From NCBI GenBank assembly GCA_030390025.1, contig CM059432.1, positions 2,666,001 to 2,730,000 of the forward strand: DNA of 64,000 bases. The letters are read 5' to 3'. Both the position numbers and the translations under genes were made by a program. Below are positions 1 through 10,922 of the stretch, one piece after another. Each line of letters opens with the position of its first letter. Within the stretch, counting starts at the first letter, position 1. The notes beneath the pieces were generated by a model. The model saw only the letters and a program-made list of their open reading frames with translations. It had not been told where the DNA came from and searched no databases. Origin of the DNA: Squalus acanthias. Taxonomy: Eukaryota.

Positions 1-1312
1 GGAAAAATTTCTTCACTCAGAGGGTGGTGAACCTGTGGAATTCTCTACCACAGCAGGCTGTGGAGGCCAAGTCACTGAATATATTTAAGAAGGAGATAGA
101 TAGATTTCTAGATGCAAAAGGCATCAAGGGGTATAGGGAGAGAGCGGGAATATGGTATTGAGATAGAGGATCAGCCGTGATCATATAAGAACATAAGAAA
201 TAGGAGCAGGAATAGGCCACTTGGCCCCTCGAGCCTGCTCCGCCATTCAATAAGATCATGGCTGATCTTGGGCTCAAAGCCACTTCCCCGCCTGCTCCCC
301 ATAACCCTTCACTCCCTTATCTTGCAAAAATCTGTCTATCTCCACCTTAACTGTATTTAATGACCCAGCCTCCACAGCTCTCTGGGGCAGAGAATTCCAC
401 AGATTTACGACCCTCAGAGAAGAAATTCCTCCTCATCTCAGTTCTAAAAGGGCGGCCCTTTATTCTAAAACTGTGCCCCCGTGTTCTAGATTTCCCCACG
501 AGGGGAAACACCCTCTCTGCATCTACCTTGTCGAGCCCCCTCATTATCTTATGTTTCAATAAGATCACCTCTCATTCTTCTAAATTCCAATGAGTATAGG
601 CCCAGCCTGCTCAACCTTTCCTCATAATTCAATCCCCTCATCTCTGGAATTAACCTAGTGAATTGTCTCTGAACTGCCTCCAATGTAAGTATATCCTTCC
701 TTAAATAAGGAGACCAAAACTCTACGCAGTACTCAAAGTGTGGTCTCACCAATACCCTGTACAGTTGTAGCAGAACTTCCCTGCTTTTATACTCCAACCC
801 CTTGGAAATAAAGGCCAACATTCCATTTGCCTTTTTGATTATTTGCTGTACCTGCATGCTAACTTTTTGTGTTTCATGCACAAGGACCCCCAGGTCCCTC
901 TGAACTGTAGCATTTTGTAAAATCTCCATTTAAATAATTTGCTTTTTTATTTTTCCTTCCAAAGTGTATAACCTCGCACTTTCCCACATTATACTCCATC
1001 TACCAAATGTTTGCCCACTCACTTAGCCTGTCTATATCTCTTTACAGGTTCTTTGAGTCCTCTGCACAACTTGCTTCCCCACCCATCTTTGTATCATCCG
1101 CAAACTTGGCTCCGTTACACTCGGTCCCTTCATCCAAGTCATTAATGTAGATTGTAAATAGTTGAGGCCCCAGCACCGATCCCTGTGGCACCCCACTAGT
1201 TATCCAACCGGAAAATGACCCATTTATCCCGACTCTCTGCTTTCTGTTATAGAATGGCGGAGCAGGTTCGAAGGGCCGAATGGCCTATTCCTGCTCCTAT
1301 TTTTCTATGTTT
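1..1312. mobile_element. CR1 LINE 3' end (+; 1-185 and 1252-1312) interrupted by a 5'-truncated CR1 LINE (-; ~187-1250)
   Basis: Minus-strand ORFs 549-929 and 347-568 give CR1 ORF2 C-terminal motifs (QRDLGV, LVRPH.EYC..FWSP, SLEFRRMRGDLIE, RTRGH, RRNFF); the + tail gatcagccgtgatcat resumes as agaatggcggagcagg at 1251. Confidence 0.9.
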
Positions 1313-1359
1313 CTACTCCACTTGTTGTCAATTCTTGTCATGATCTGATTCACTTGCAG

Positions 1360-1495
1360 GTCGTCCAACAGTCCGGAGTACTTGTAAAGCCACAAGGAAG
1401 CACGCTGCCAAGGACTCAGACAGTGACTTTGCAAAGACCCCCAAACCATATCACTCTGCCTGTATCTCAAATCCAGGTCAAAGCAGTTCAAGGAG
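1360..1495 (+). CDS. TAF4B: TAF4B internal coding exon (Q/P/V/T-rich linker, VVQQSGVLVKPQ...QIQVKAVQG)
   Basis: cacttgcag acceptor and GGAG|gtaag donor; 136 nt open, ends in phase 1 and joins in frame to the next exon; low-complexity composition like the TAF4-family linker. Assigned mainly by phase continuity, not by strong sequence recognition. Confidence 0.75.
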
Positions 1496-1771
1496 GTAAG
1501 GGCACGTGCAAAACGGGTTTCCTAATTTGCCAAATAACGACATGGATTTTGGTTGGCGGAGGTGTCCTGTTTATCACATTATCGAGTGAAGAAAAAAAAG
1601 TCACGCATTCTTGAGCTGTTTCTGCTGGCTAGGTATAGCACTGTTCAGAGCCACAAGTGCTGTGTTTTTTTTAACTTGAGTCGGTGGGGGGGCGGGGGGA
1701 ATAAAATGAAGGCTATATGCTTCCTCCATGATTGAGTGGTCCTTTAGTGCACCCACTCACATGTCAAAAAA

Positions 1772-2222
1772 ACGACTTGTATTTCTATAGCGCCTTTCAC
1801 GGCCACCGGATGTTCCAAAGCTCTTTACAGCCAATTAAGTACTTTTTTACTGTTGTAATGTAGAAAACGCAGCAAGGCAGTTTGCAAACAGCAAGCTCTC
1901 ACTAACAGCAACGTGCTAATGACCAGATCATATGCTTTTAGTGATGTTGACTGAGGGATCAATATTGACCAGGACACTGGGGATAACTCCCCTGCTCTTC
2001 TTCGAAATAGTGCCGTGGGATCTTGTACGTCCACCCGAGGGGTCAGATGGGGTCTCGGTTTAACGTCTCATCCAAAAGACGGCACCTCCGACAGTGCAGC
2101 ACTCCCTCAGCACTGCAATGGGAGTGTCAGCCTAGATTTTTGTGCTCAAGTCTTTGGAGTGGGACTTGAACCCACAACCTTCCGACTCGGGCGAGAGTGC
2201 GGCCCACTGAGCCACGGCCTGA
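1772..2222 (-). mobile_element. tRNA-derived Deu-domain SINE (SacSINE1/AmnSINE1-like), near full length
   Basis: Reverse complement of the family seen at 56289: tRNA-like head, central ggtgccgtcttt..gatgagacgttaaaccgag..aagatccc core, L2-type tail aaggcgctatagaaat. Confidence 0.85.
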
Positions 2223-2435
2223 TGGGTGTTGAGCTCGGTGGTCTCCAGCTTTTGAGTTTTTCTGATCTCTGCTGAATTGGTGTGAAGAGGCATGGAGCAG
2301 AGGCAAATGTTTTGAGTGGAAGGAGAGGAGTGAAAAATTGAGAACACTTCAACAGTCTTCTCTGACAGCTGAACTTTGGCTGCTCTTGGCTGCAAGTGAC
2401 AAAAAAGGCGAGATTTGATCGAGGTGTTCAAAAAA

Positions 2436-2785
2436 CCTGACATCCCCAGTGCAGTGCTGAGGGAGTGCTGCACTGTCGGAGGTGCCGTCTTTCTGAAAAA
2501 GAAGTTAAACTGAGGCCCCGTCTTGCCCCCTCTGATGATGTAAAAGAACCCACGCCACTATTTCAAAGAAGAACGGGAGTTCTCCCTGGTATCCTGGCCA
2601 ATACCCAAAAGAGATTATCTGGTCATTATCATATTGCTGTTTGTGGGAGCTTGCTGTGCGCAGATTGTCTGCTGCTTTTCCGACATTACAACAGTGACTA
2701 CATTTCAAAAAATACGATTGACTGTAACGAGCTTTGGGACATCCTGAGGTCGTGTAAGATGCTACAGAAATGCACGTCTTTCCTT
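2436..2785 (+). mobile_element. Deu-domain SINE, 5' truncated
   Basis: cagtgcagtgctgagggagtgctgcactgtcggaggtgccgtcttt core and the same 3' tail as other copies. Confidence 0.85.
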
Positions 2786-2945
2786 ATGAACTAAGAACAC
2801 ATTTCATTCACATTGATTTGTAAGTACGGTATCTGTCCAGAATGTGTGAAGATATACAGCATAATATTGGATTGAATTTCTGCCGTGTCTTCTGGATGCA
2901 AACTATTATCTGTTCAAAAGAATAAACTTAGCTTTCTATAATCAG

Positions 2946-3066
2946 GTCCTGCAACTTCAGTTATAAAAGTACCACTCGTACAAGGGAACAGGAATCTAGC
3001 AAGTGTTTCACTGCAAGCTTCACCTAGCCAAAAGATCAAGAGAGAGGTTGGAGGCATTTCTTTCAG
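2946..3066 (+). CDS. TAF4B: TAF4B coding exon (GPATSVIKVPLVQGNRNLASVSLQASPSQKIKREVGGISFR)
   Basis: atcag acceptor and TTCAG|gtaaaa donor; 121 nt, phase 1 to 2; ends in GGISFR, matching the GGGSFR of TAF4 that precedes the D(D/E)DDINDV motif; splices in frame to 23526. Confidence 0.88.
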
Positions 3067-3325
3067 GTAAAAACTGTTTTAAAAACAAATGCCGCGGAAA
3101 TGATCCTTGCACGTGCAGTAGCTGCAAAAGCATGTAACTGAGTTCTGCGATTAGTTTCACGCTATTCATTGTGTCGCACGTCAGAACGGCCTCTGCGGGT
3201 CAAACGTGATCACCCTAAACGAGGAGACTTCAACAGCTAACCGAATACCCATAGGATTTAGTGAAACCTGGTACTACGGACTCGTGCGAATGACGGACAA
3301 CCGTACGATACGGCCACTTCGTGAC

Positions 3326-3473
3326 CCGTGTTCCGCCTAATTTTTTTGGGGCCGCGCGGCCCCTTTCACGGGCTGTGCAGGCCCATTCGCGGATTTTTTT
3401 CAATTTAAAAGCCGGCTCACCGGCTGCGCGGGACTCGAGCGCTGCGCGGCCACGCAGCTTGAAGGGAACATTG
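3326..3473. mobile_element. hAT-type MITE (TIR ~CAATGTTCCCT)
   Basis: Right TIR agggaacattg, degenerate left TIR ccgtgttccg; body similar to 51236-51402; flanks ttcgtgac / ttcacgac look like a decayed 8-bp TSD. Confidence 0.7.
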
Positions 3474-3929
3474 TTCACGACCATCCCAAATATTTGACCT
3501 AGTGTCCTAGCCAGTTGAGAAGAGCAGGTAATGATCACAACCCACGGGAAGCCAGCAGGCGTGGTGCGGTCCGGTTCCAAGGACCATTTTAATTGTCCGC
3601 AAGTCCCCATTTTCTGCCAGGCAGTCTTGAGGTTGAAGTCAGTCCAACAGAATCATTTAAAATGACAGCACAGGAGGAGGTCAATTGGCCCATTGAGCCT
3701 GTACTGATGCGAGATCCTTAACTATGTGCTCTAATCCCATGTTCTTGCATAAAGGACTGAAAACTGGTTCTAAAGTAGCGCTTGAGTACAAAAGATATAC
3801 ATATTGCAAGCCATGGACTTTGGTAGTTCAACAACAGCTTGCATTTATATAGCGCCTTTTAACATAGTAAAACGTCCTACGGTACTTTACAAGAGCGTTA
3901 ATCAAAATTCTACCAATAGGCTACTAAAA

Positions 3930-4350
3930 GGTAGCATAGTGGTAATGTTACTGGACCAGTAATCCACAGAGGCCTGGACTAATGATCCGGAGACGGGAGT
4001 TCAAATCCCACCACGGCAGCTGGGGAATTTAAATTCAGTTCAATAAATCTATAATAAAAAGCGAGTAACAGTAATGGTGACCATGAAAATTATCGGATTG
4101 TTGTACAAACCCATCTGGTTCACTGATCTCGTTTCATGAAGGAAATCTGCGTCCTTGCCTGGTCTGGCCTAAATGTGACTCCAGAGCCACAGCAATGTGG
4201 TTGACTCTTAACTGCCCTCTGAAATGGCCTGGCAAGCCACTCCGTTGTCAAGAAGGTGGCTCACCACCACCTTCACAAGGGCAATTAAGGATGGGCAATA
4301 AATGCTGGCCTGGCCAGCGATGCCCACATCCTGTGAATGAATAAAACAAA
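3930..4350 (+). mobile_element. tRNA-derived SINE of a second family, with a tail shared with the LINE at 58475-59080
   Basis: A-box-like tagcatagtgg and B-box-like gagttcaaatcc; tail aagaaggtggctcaccaccaccttcacaagggcaatt..gatgggcaataaatgctggc is the reverse complement of 58490-58567 and 43262-43355. Confidence 0.8.
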
Positions 4351-4358
4351 ATAAAGAC

Positions 4359-5365
4359 TGATGTGGAGTATTTATTCAACACTCGACACCAGTCTGTCCG
4401 GTACAAATCAAAAGTCTTTATTACACCAGTGGGGAGACAATCTCTTACTGGCGCACCAAGAGACTTCTCCGCTGTTACAAATTTTAAGCAATCTTTTATA
4501 CACTTAATCATACAAACTCAACCTCGTGCACAATCCCGTTACACTGTTTTAATTGACCTAAGGCCCGCGTGCACCGTTGCTGATTGGCTAATTCACTAGC
4601 TTGCGTCACATAACCGTTCGCCTATATTTATTGTCACATGATCTTTATGATCTCACCTGTTATAATTTTGTAACCTTTAGTAAAACCACATGTCTGCATT
4701 TCTGTCTCGCTGTGCCCCGTGTGGTTTTACTTATCTCGAGGTTCCATCGTTTGTGGTTAATCATAGATGGTGCTTCTGATCTAATTTCGTCTAATCTTGC
4801 AAAAGCATCGAGACCTTGTGGTCAGCATGTCTGAATTATCTCCGCCGGTCTCTGTCTCAACCGTTGCTAGTGTGCAAGCTGCATTGTTAACCCCTTAATT
4901 CCTGAAGGGTGCCGATGCCCCACTTCAAAGACTTAATTTGAGAGCCAAGAGTTAAAATTCTGGACTTCGCTATTATTCAATTGCACTGGCAGATCAGGTC
5001 TTTCATCTCAGGTGGAGGGTTGGAAAATTAACATCAAGAGAGCTACCCGACAGGAACTGGCCATCAGAGGAGTCTTGTATCCCTGGTCATCGACCCTTCC
5101 AGTCGGAAGGAAAAGCTGAAGTAGGGGAAGCGTAGTTAAGAATATTGCGGCAGAGTAAATGGGATGTGGCTACCAGGTAACCTGGGAAATAACTGGCGGT
5201 TTGGACACTATTGCTGCCGGTTTACGTGATGCAATGTTCCAACACTGGGGGCCTGTGCATGGGGATTTGGGGTGTACGGTTTGCTCCCAATCCTCCTGGG
5301 TCTCTGGAACGATGACCCTAAAATGATGTAGGAAGAACTCCCTTGCTCAATCCTGGACTACATCA
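4359..5365 (-). mobile_element. Possible solo LTR (ERV/LTR-retrotransposon type)
   Basis: Bounded by TGATGT...ACATCA inverted ends; on the minus strand CCAAT (4583-4587), TATAAAA (4494-4500) and AATAAA (4417-4422) occur in U3-R-U5 order. No clear TSD. Confidence 0.45.
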
Positions 5366-5374
5366 ACAAACTAG

Positions 5375-5832
5375 GTGTCAGCCGTGGCTCAATGGGGAGC
5401 TTTCTTGCCTCCGAATCAAGCCCCACTCCAGGGACTTGAGCACAGAAATCCAGGCTGACACTCCAGTGCAGTACTGAGGGAGCGCTGCGCTGTCGGAGGT
5501 GCCGTCTTGCGGATGAGATGTTAAACCGAGGCCCCGTCTGCTCTTTCAGGTGGGTGTAAAAGATCCCACGGCCACTATTTCAAAGAGCGGGAGAGTTATC
5601 CCGGGTGTCCTGGGGCCAATATTTATTCCTCAGCCAGCATTATTAAAAATATTATCTCGTTGTGTATCTCATTGCTGTTTGTGGGAGCTTGCTGTGTGCA
5701 AGTTGGCTGCTGGGTTTCCTACTTTACAACAGTGACTACACTTTTTTATATTTAAAAAAAAAACTTGGCTGTAAAGCGCTTTGGGACGTCCTGAGGTTGT
5801 GAAAGGCGCTGTATAAATGCAAGTCTTTCTTT
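5375..5832 (+). mobile_element. Deu-domain SINE
   Basis: gtgtcagccgtggctca head, Deu core, tail gtgaaaggcgctgtataaatgcaagtcttt. Confidence 0.88.
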
Positions 5833-6570
5833 CCCTTTACCTCGTTCCTTGAGCCCAATGTTGTTCAACTATCTACAGCCAAGCAATCTCTCCAGGAGAG
5901 ATGTTTCTGCAACTACAACAAAATGTACCATGACTTTGACCGAACCAAACGTGTTATTTGATGTAAACTTTAAAAAATCAATTTGTATTTTTTTTTTTAA
6001 TTATCTGTAGCACTTAATCACTTTTTATATAAGATGGAATAAAATGTTCACCAAATGTGTAGATTGGCCATGTTCTGCGATGCAATGGACTATCAGATAG
6101 CCATGGTTGTTGGGAGAGGCGTTGTCTGTAAAGATCTCGGCTGTGTTAGTTTGGAGGAAGGAGAGACATCGCGGGGGTTGGGGCGGGTGGGGGGCAAGTC
6201 TTACAATTGCTTGTATGGGGAAGTACTTTCATGGTACATGTGATTTGTAGCTTTTTTCTGTTACTTTTGCCTCTGATCGGGACTTGTTGACTGCTCCATA
6301 GCCTGGAATGTACACACATTCCCTCAGAGCTCCCTTGAACCAGTTGGCATTGGATTTTGCATTTCTGCACTCTGTCGATTTGCAGGGAGCAGGCTTTAGC
6401 TAAGAGATTCATGTTTGGCATTGGACGTTATTCACCGACTCTATTGGGAGTGGTGGAGAGTGTAAATATTTCACCTTTTAAGTAAGTTAACAAATTAATC
6501 ACTGGGTAGTCTGCAGTCCGAATCTCTCTGCTCCCCACACACGCACTCCTCCCGATGTTAAAGGGGTAAA

Positions 6571-6950
6571 TAAAAACAGAAAATGCTGGAAAGACTCAGC
6601 GGGTCAGGCAGCATCTGTGGAGCATGAAACGGGGTTAACGTTTCAGGTCGGTGACCTTTCGTCAGAACTGGAAAGAGTTAGAGATGTGATGTAACAGGTT
6701 TTAAGCAGGGGCAGGGAAAGTGGGGAGGGGAGGAAAGAACAAAAGGGAAGGTCTGTGATAGGGTGGAAGGCGGGAGAGATTAAATGACAAAAGGGATGAT
6801 GGTGCGAGGCGACAGGAGATGGTAATGGGACAAGTAAAGAAACAAAGGATGGGTCTAGAGGAGGTGTAAATGGGAATAGCAGAATCATCAACAGCTGCCG
6901 TCTGGGGGGGAGGAAATAGGGCCAGTGGTTATGATCTGAAATTGTTGAAC
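6571..6950 (-). mobile_element. Penelope-like element (PLE) 3' remnant with a hammerhead motif
   Basis: Homologous to 59741-60300, which retains a GIY-YIG C-terminal peptide; contains CTGACGA..GAAA on the minus strand. Confidence 0.75.
6633..6670 (-). ncRNA. Minimal type I hammerhead ribozyme motif
   Basis: Minus strand reads CAGTT-CTGACGA-A-AGGTC-ACC-GACCT-GAAA-CGTT-AAC: catalytic boxes, 5-bp stem II, palindromic AACGTT at stem III, short stem I (GTT/AAC). Confidence 0.7.
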
Positions 6951-7581
6951 TAATAATAGGACCTTGGCGAGCGCTCAAAATGAAAGCATAGTATTTTTTG
7001 CATTATCGTGTTTATGGAATTGCCAAGTAGCGAGGTCTGCTGAAAGAGAAATGAGACCCTACAGATGGAATTGTTCGAACACCTGTATGCACTTCTGGCT
7101 AGATGTGCAACAGCAGGAGGGCAGAATCTTGAGACTAAAATTCCTCATAATGAAAACCATTACCTTAACCAGCTGTGTTTGCATCAGCTCTTTGAAAACT
7201 CCAGCACGTTTAAACTGTGCATGTGTTTCCGATCACTTGCAAAAGAATTTGTTAATTTCATTTCTGAATATATGAAGTACAATAATAAAACATATGGAAT
7301 TATGCAGAATTTTTTGGATTGAAGTATCTTCTGAAAAATTGTTAGAATTTTGTGTGTCTATCTCTCTCTCTCCCTCTCTCCTTGCCTCTCTTTGTCTTGT
7401 CTCTCTCCTCGCTTTGTCCCTCCCCCTCTTCAGAAAACTTGGATGGATGAACCCACAGTAATGTGGATGCATGTGTAATCTCAGAAAAGGAATCTTGCAG
7501 TCCAGAGGGTTAAGACTTTGTCAGGACATCTGGAGAATGTCCTTAATACAATAGCAAAATAGTACAGCTGCTGGAATCTGA

Positions 7582-7699
7582 AATAAAAACAGAAAATGCT
7601 GGAAATACTCATCAGGTCAGGCTAAAACGTTAACTCTGTTTCTCTCTCCACAGATGCTCCCTGACCTGCTGAGTATTTCCAGCATTTTCTGTTTTTATT
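7582..7699. repeat. 40-bp inverted repeat made of two PLE termini
   Basis: 7582-7621 and 7660-7699 are reverse complements with one mismatch; the sequence matches the end of the PLE at 6571 and 59741. Confidence 0.85.
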
Positions 7700-7872
7700 G
7701 GAGAACGTCCCTGTTCCTCTTTGTATTGTCACAGGATCTTTTACCTGAGTAGGCGGATGAGGCCTCAGCTTAACACTTTGAATCTACAGAATAGAAGGGA
7801 GTCCATTTGGCCCGTTATGCCTGTCCAATTAGTCCCACTCTTTCCCCAGAGCCCTGCAGATATTTCCTTTTC

Positions 7873-8262
7873 AAGTGTTTATCTCATTGAAACGTATAAA
7901 ATTCTTAAAGGTCTTGACAGGGTAGATGCTGAGAAGCTGTTTCCCCTGGCTGGAGAGTCCAGAACTGGGGACGGGGGGGGGGGTCACAGTCTCCGGATAA
8001 AGTCGGCCATTAGGACTATTGAGAAATTTATTCGCTGAGGGTTGTGAATCTTTGGAATTCACTGCCCCAGAGGGCTGTAGATGCTCAGTCGTTGAGTCTA
8101 TTCAAGGCTCGAGATCGATAGATTTTTGGGCTCTAGGGGAATCGAGGGATATGGAGATCGGGTGAGAAAGTGGAGTTGAGGTCAAAGATCAGCCAGGATC
8201 TTATTGAATGGCGGAGCAGGCTCGAGGGGCCGAATGGCCGACTCCTTAATTCTTCTGTTCTT
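7873..8262 (+). mobile_element. CR1 LINE 3' fragment
   Basis: LIETYKILKGLDRVDAEKLFPLAGESRT peptide and tail gaatggcggagcaggctcgaggggccgaatggcc. Confidence 0.9.
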
Positions 8263-8821
8263 GTGTATACCCAGTTCCCTTGTGGTTAACTGGTGTCAGT
8301 TGCTCTGGTAAGTAAATCCCACATCCCTTGTGCGCTGGAGTCCACTAGGCTGCCCAACATTTCTCTATGCATTAACATAACTCAGGAGTGCTTCAATGAT
8401 GACCTCTTGTGAGCTGAGCCAGTTAGTCATGTCTTTCGCACACACCCCCACATTCCCCACCAATCCTTTATTGAAGGAGGGCCGAGAAAGCACTTGGGCA
8501 GACGAGGCCAGATGCTAATGGTTAAGATGCTTTATTTCACAATCGGAATGCTTCATTCAGTAATGATATAAAAAAATAATGGAACTGTTACGATCAGTGG
8601 GTCGTCTTGCTTGACTTAAAATAACTCCCGCCAAAGGTCACTGTAGTCCCTCGTAACTGGCTGCAAACGAAGAGGAGGTTTGCTGGTATTAGGAAAGCTG
8701 TGGGTAAATGTGCACTTCACCTTTGCACACGTTTCTTCTGGGGCTGATCAAGCAAGTTACAGTACAGACAGGCCGTTTGGGCCATCAGTCCATGCCTGCG
8801 TTTACCCTCCACACGAGCACA

Positions 8822-9450
8822 TAGGAAGGCAAATGGCATGTTGGCCTTTATTGCAAGGGGGTTGGAGTATAAGAGTAAGGAAGTCTTGCTACAATTGTAC
8901 AGGGCCTTGGTGAGACCACACCTGGAGTACTGTGCACAGTTTTGGTCTCCAAGGCAAGTATATCCTTACTTAGAAAAGGAGGCGGTGCAACGAAGGTTCG
9001 CTGGATTGATCCCTGGGATGAGAGGGCTGTCCTATGAGAAGAGATTGAGTAGAATGGGCCTATACTCTCTGGAGTTTAGAAGAATGAGAGGCGATCTCAT
9101 TGAAAAATACAAGATTCTGAGGGGGATTGACAGGGTAGACGCTGAGAGGCTGTTTCCCCTGGCTGGAGAGTCTAGAACTAGGGGGCACAGTCTCAGGATA
9201 AGGGGTCGGCCTTTTAAGACTGAGATGAGGAGGAATTTCTTCACTCAGAGGGTTGTGAATCTTCGGAATTTTCTGCCCGAGAGCTGTGGATGCTGAGTCG
9301 TCGAGTATATTCAAGGCTGAGATCGATAGATTTTTGGACTCTATGGGGATTGGGTGGGAAAGTGGAGTTGGGGTTGAAGATCAGCCATGATCTTATTGAA
9401 TGGCGGAGCAGGCTCGAGGGACCGTATGGCCGCCGACTCTTATTTATGTT
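8822..9450 (+). mobile_element. CR1 LINE 3' fragment
   Basis: ORF 8838-9296 is the CR1 ORF2 C-terminus, followed by the conserved 3' UTR. Confidence 0.92.
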
Positions 9451-9817
9451 TTTCGTCCTAATCGCATTAGTGCGCCCTATTCCCGTATCCCCTTTTCCTA
9501 TCCAATCTCATCTTGAATGCTGACCTAGTTCCTGCCTCAGCCACTAACCTCAAGTGAATTCCACAAGCTGGTACCACCAAGTCTTTATCACTTACAATAT
9601 TGTACACGGCCATTTCCCCTTGCATGTACACTCTCTTTCATTGTACCATCGCTGGAAAGCGCAGTTTTCTTGCAGGTGGAGGCGACAGCAGAGGAACACC
9701 TTCTGGCTGCAGGTGTTTGGGGAGTTTCTCTGTAGGGTCACCGACCATGGGCACAGAAGCTAGCTCCGTGTTCCCTCTCATGCAAAATGAAGGCAACATG
9801 GCTGCTTTATGAACCAC

Positions 9818-10075
9818 AGCAACTACTTGCATTTATATAGCGCCTTTAACATAGTAAAACGTCCTCGAGGCTCTTCACAGGCGTGTTATACAACATTTGA
9901 CACCGAGCCACCGAAGGAAATATTAGGACAGTTGACCAAAAGCTTGGTCAAAGAGGGAGGTTTTCAGGTGCATCTTAAAGGAGGCGGAGAGGTGCTTGGG
10001 GCCCAGGCAGCTGAAGCCATGGCCGCCAATGGTGGAGCGATGAAAATCGGGGATGCGCAAGAGGCCAGAATTGGA
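9818..10075 (-). mobile_element. L2 LINE 3' end
   Basis: cttgcatttatatagcgcctttaac...gaccaaaagcttggtcaaagag, the same tail as the L2 at 46468-47300. Confidence 0.8.
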
Positions 10076-10314
10076 TGTTGATGCGCAAAATTTTTCTGTG
10101 GTCAGATACCACCTGAGCATTAATTGATTGCGATCCTTTTCTGCTCATGTAGGTGATTTATATTGACATGAGCAGCCCTGATGCACTTGAGTGCTATCTA
10201 CCTGTCCAGTACTTGGAGCTGGTGTTCCTAACTGGCGAGGAGCAGCGATTTAAGGGTCCATGTACAGAAATCACAAAGCTGATGGACAGAGACAAAACAT
10301 TATTTAAAAAACTA

Positions 10315-10922
10315 CTGGAATGTTGGGCTTTATCTCAAGGGGGCTGGAATACAAAGGGGTGGAATTTATGCTGCAGTTGTATAAAGCTCTGGTCAGACCC
10401 CATTTGCAGCACTGTGTTCCGTTCTGGGCACCACACCTCAGGAAGGATATATTGGCCTTGGAGTGGGTGCAGCGCAGATTCACCAGAATGATACCGGAGC
10501 TAAAAGGTTTCAATTGTTAGGAGAGGTTTCATAGACTCGGCTTGTATTCCCTTGAGTACAGAAGGTTAAGGGGTGATCTAATTGTGGTGTTGGATGATTA
10601 AAGGAGTCGATAGAGAGAAACCATTTCTCTGGTGAGGGAGTCCAGATCAAGGGGGTATAACCTTAAAATTGGAGCTAGGCTGTTCAGGAGTGATGTCAGG
10701 AAGCACTACTTCACACAAATCTGGAACTCTCTCTCCCAGCCTCAACAGCTTTCAGGGGGTCGATTGAAAATTTCAAAACTGAGATTGACAAGATTTTTGT
10801 TAGGTAAAGGTATTAAGGGATATGGACGCAAGGCGGGTAAATGTAGTTGAGCTGCAGATCAGCCATGATCTAATTGAATGGCGGACCAGGCTTGAGGGGC
10901 TGTATGGCCTCATCCTGTTCCA
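10315..10922 (+). mobile_element. CR1 LINE 3' fragment (different subfamily)
   Basis: MLGFISRGLEYKG..LVRPHLQHCVPFWAPHLRKDI peptide and CR1 tail. Confidence 0.88.

Noticed and set aside
9676..9712. Cryptic 37-nt exon after ttttcttgcag
   Set aside because: Weak donor (gtgttt), frameshifting length, and the flanking exons already join perfectly as SFR-DEDD.
10153..10491. 112-aa ORF following an acceptor-like tgtag
   Set aside because: No recognisable homology, no clear donor, and it runs into a CR1 fragment out of frame.
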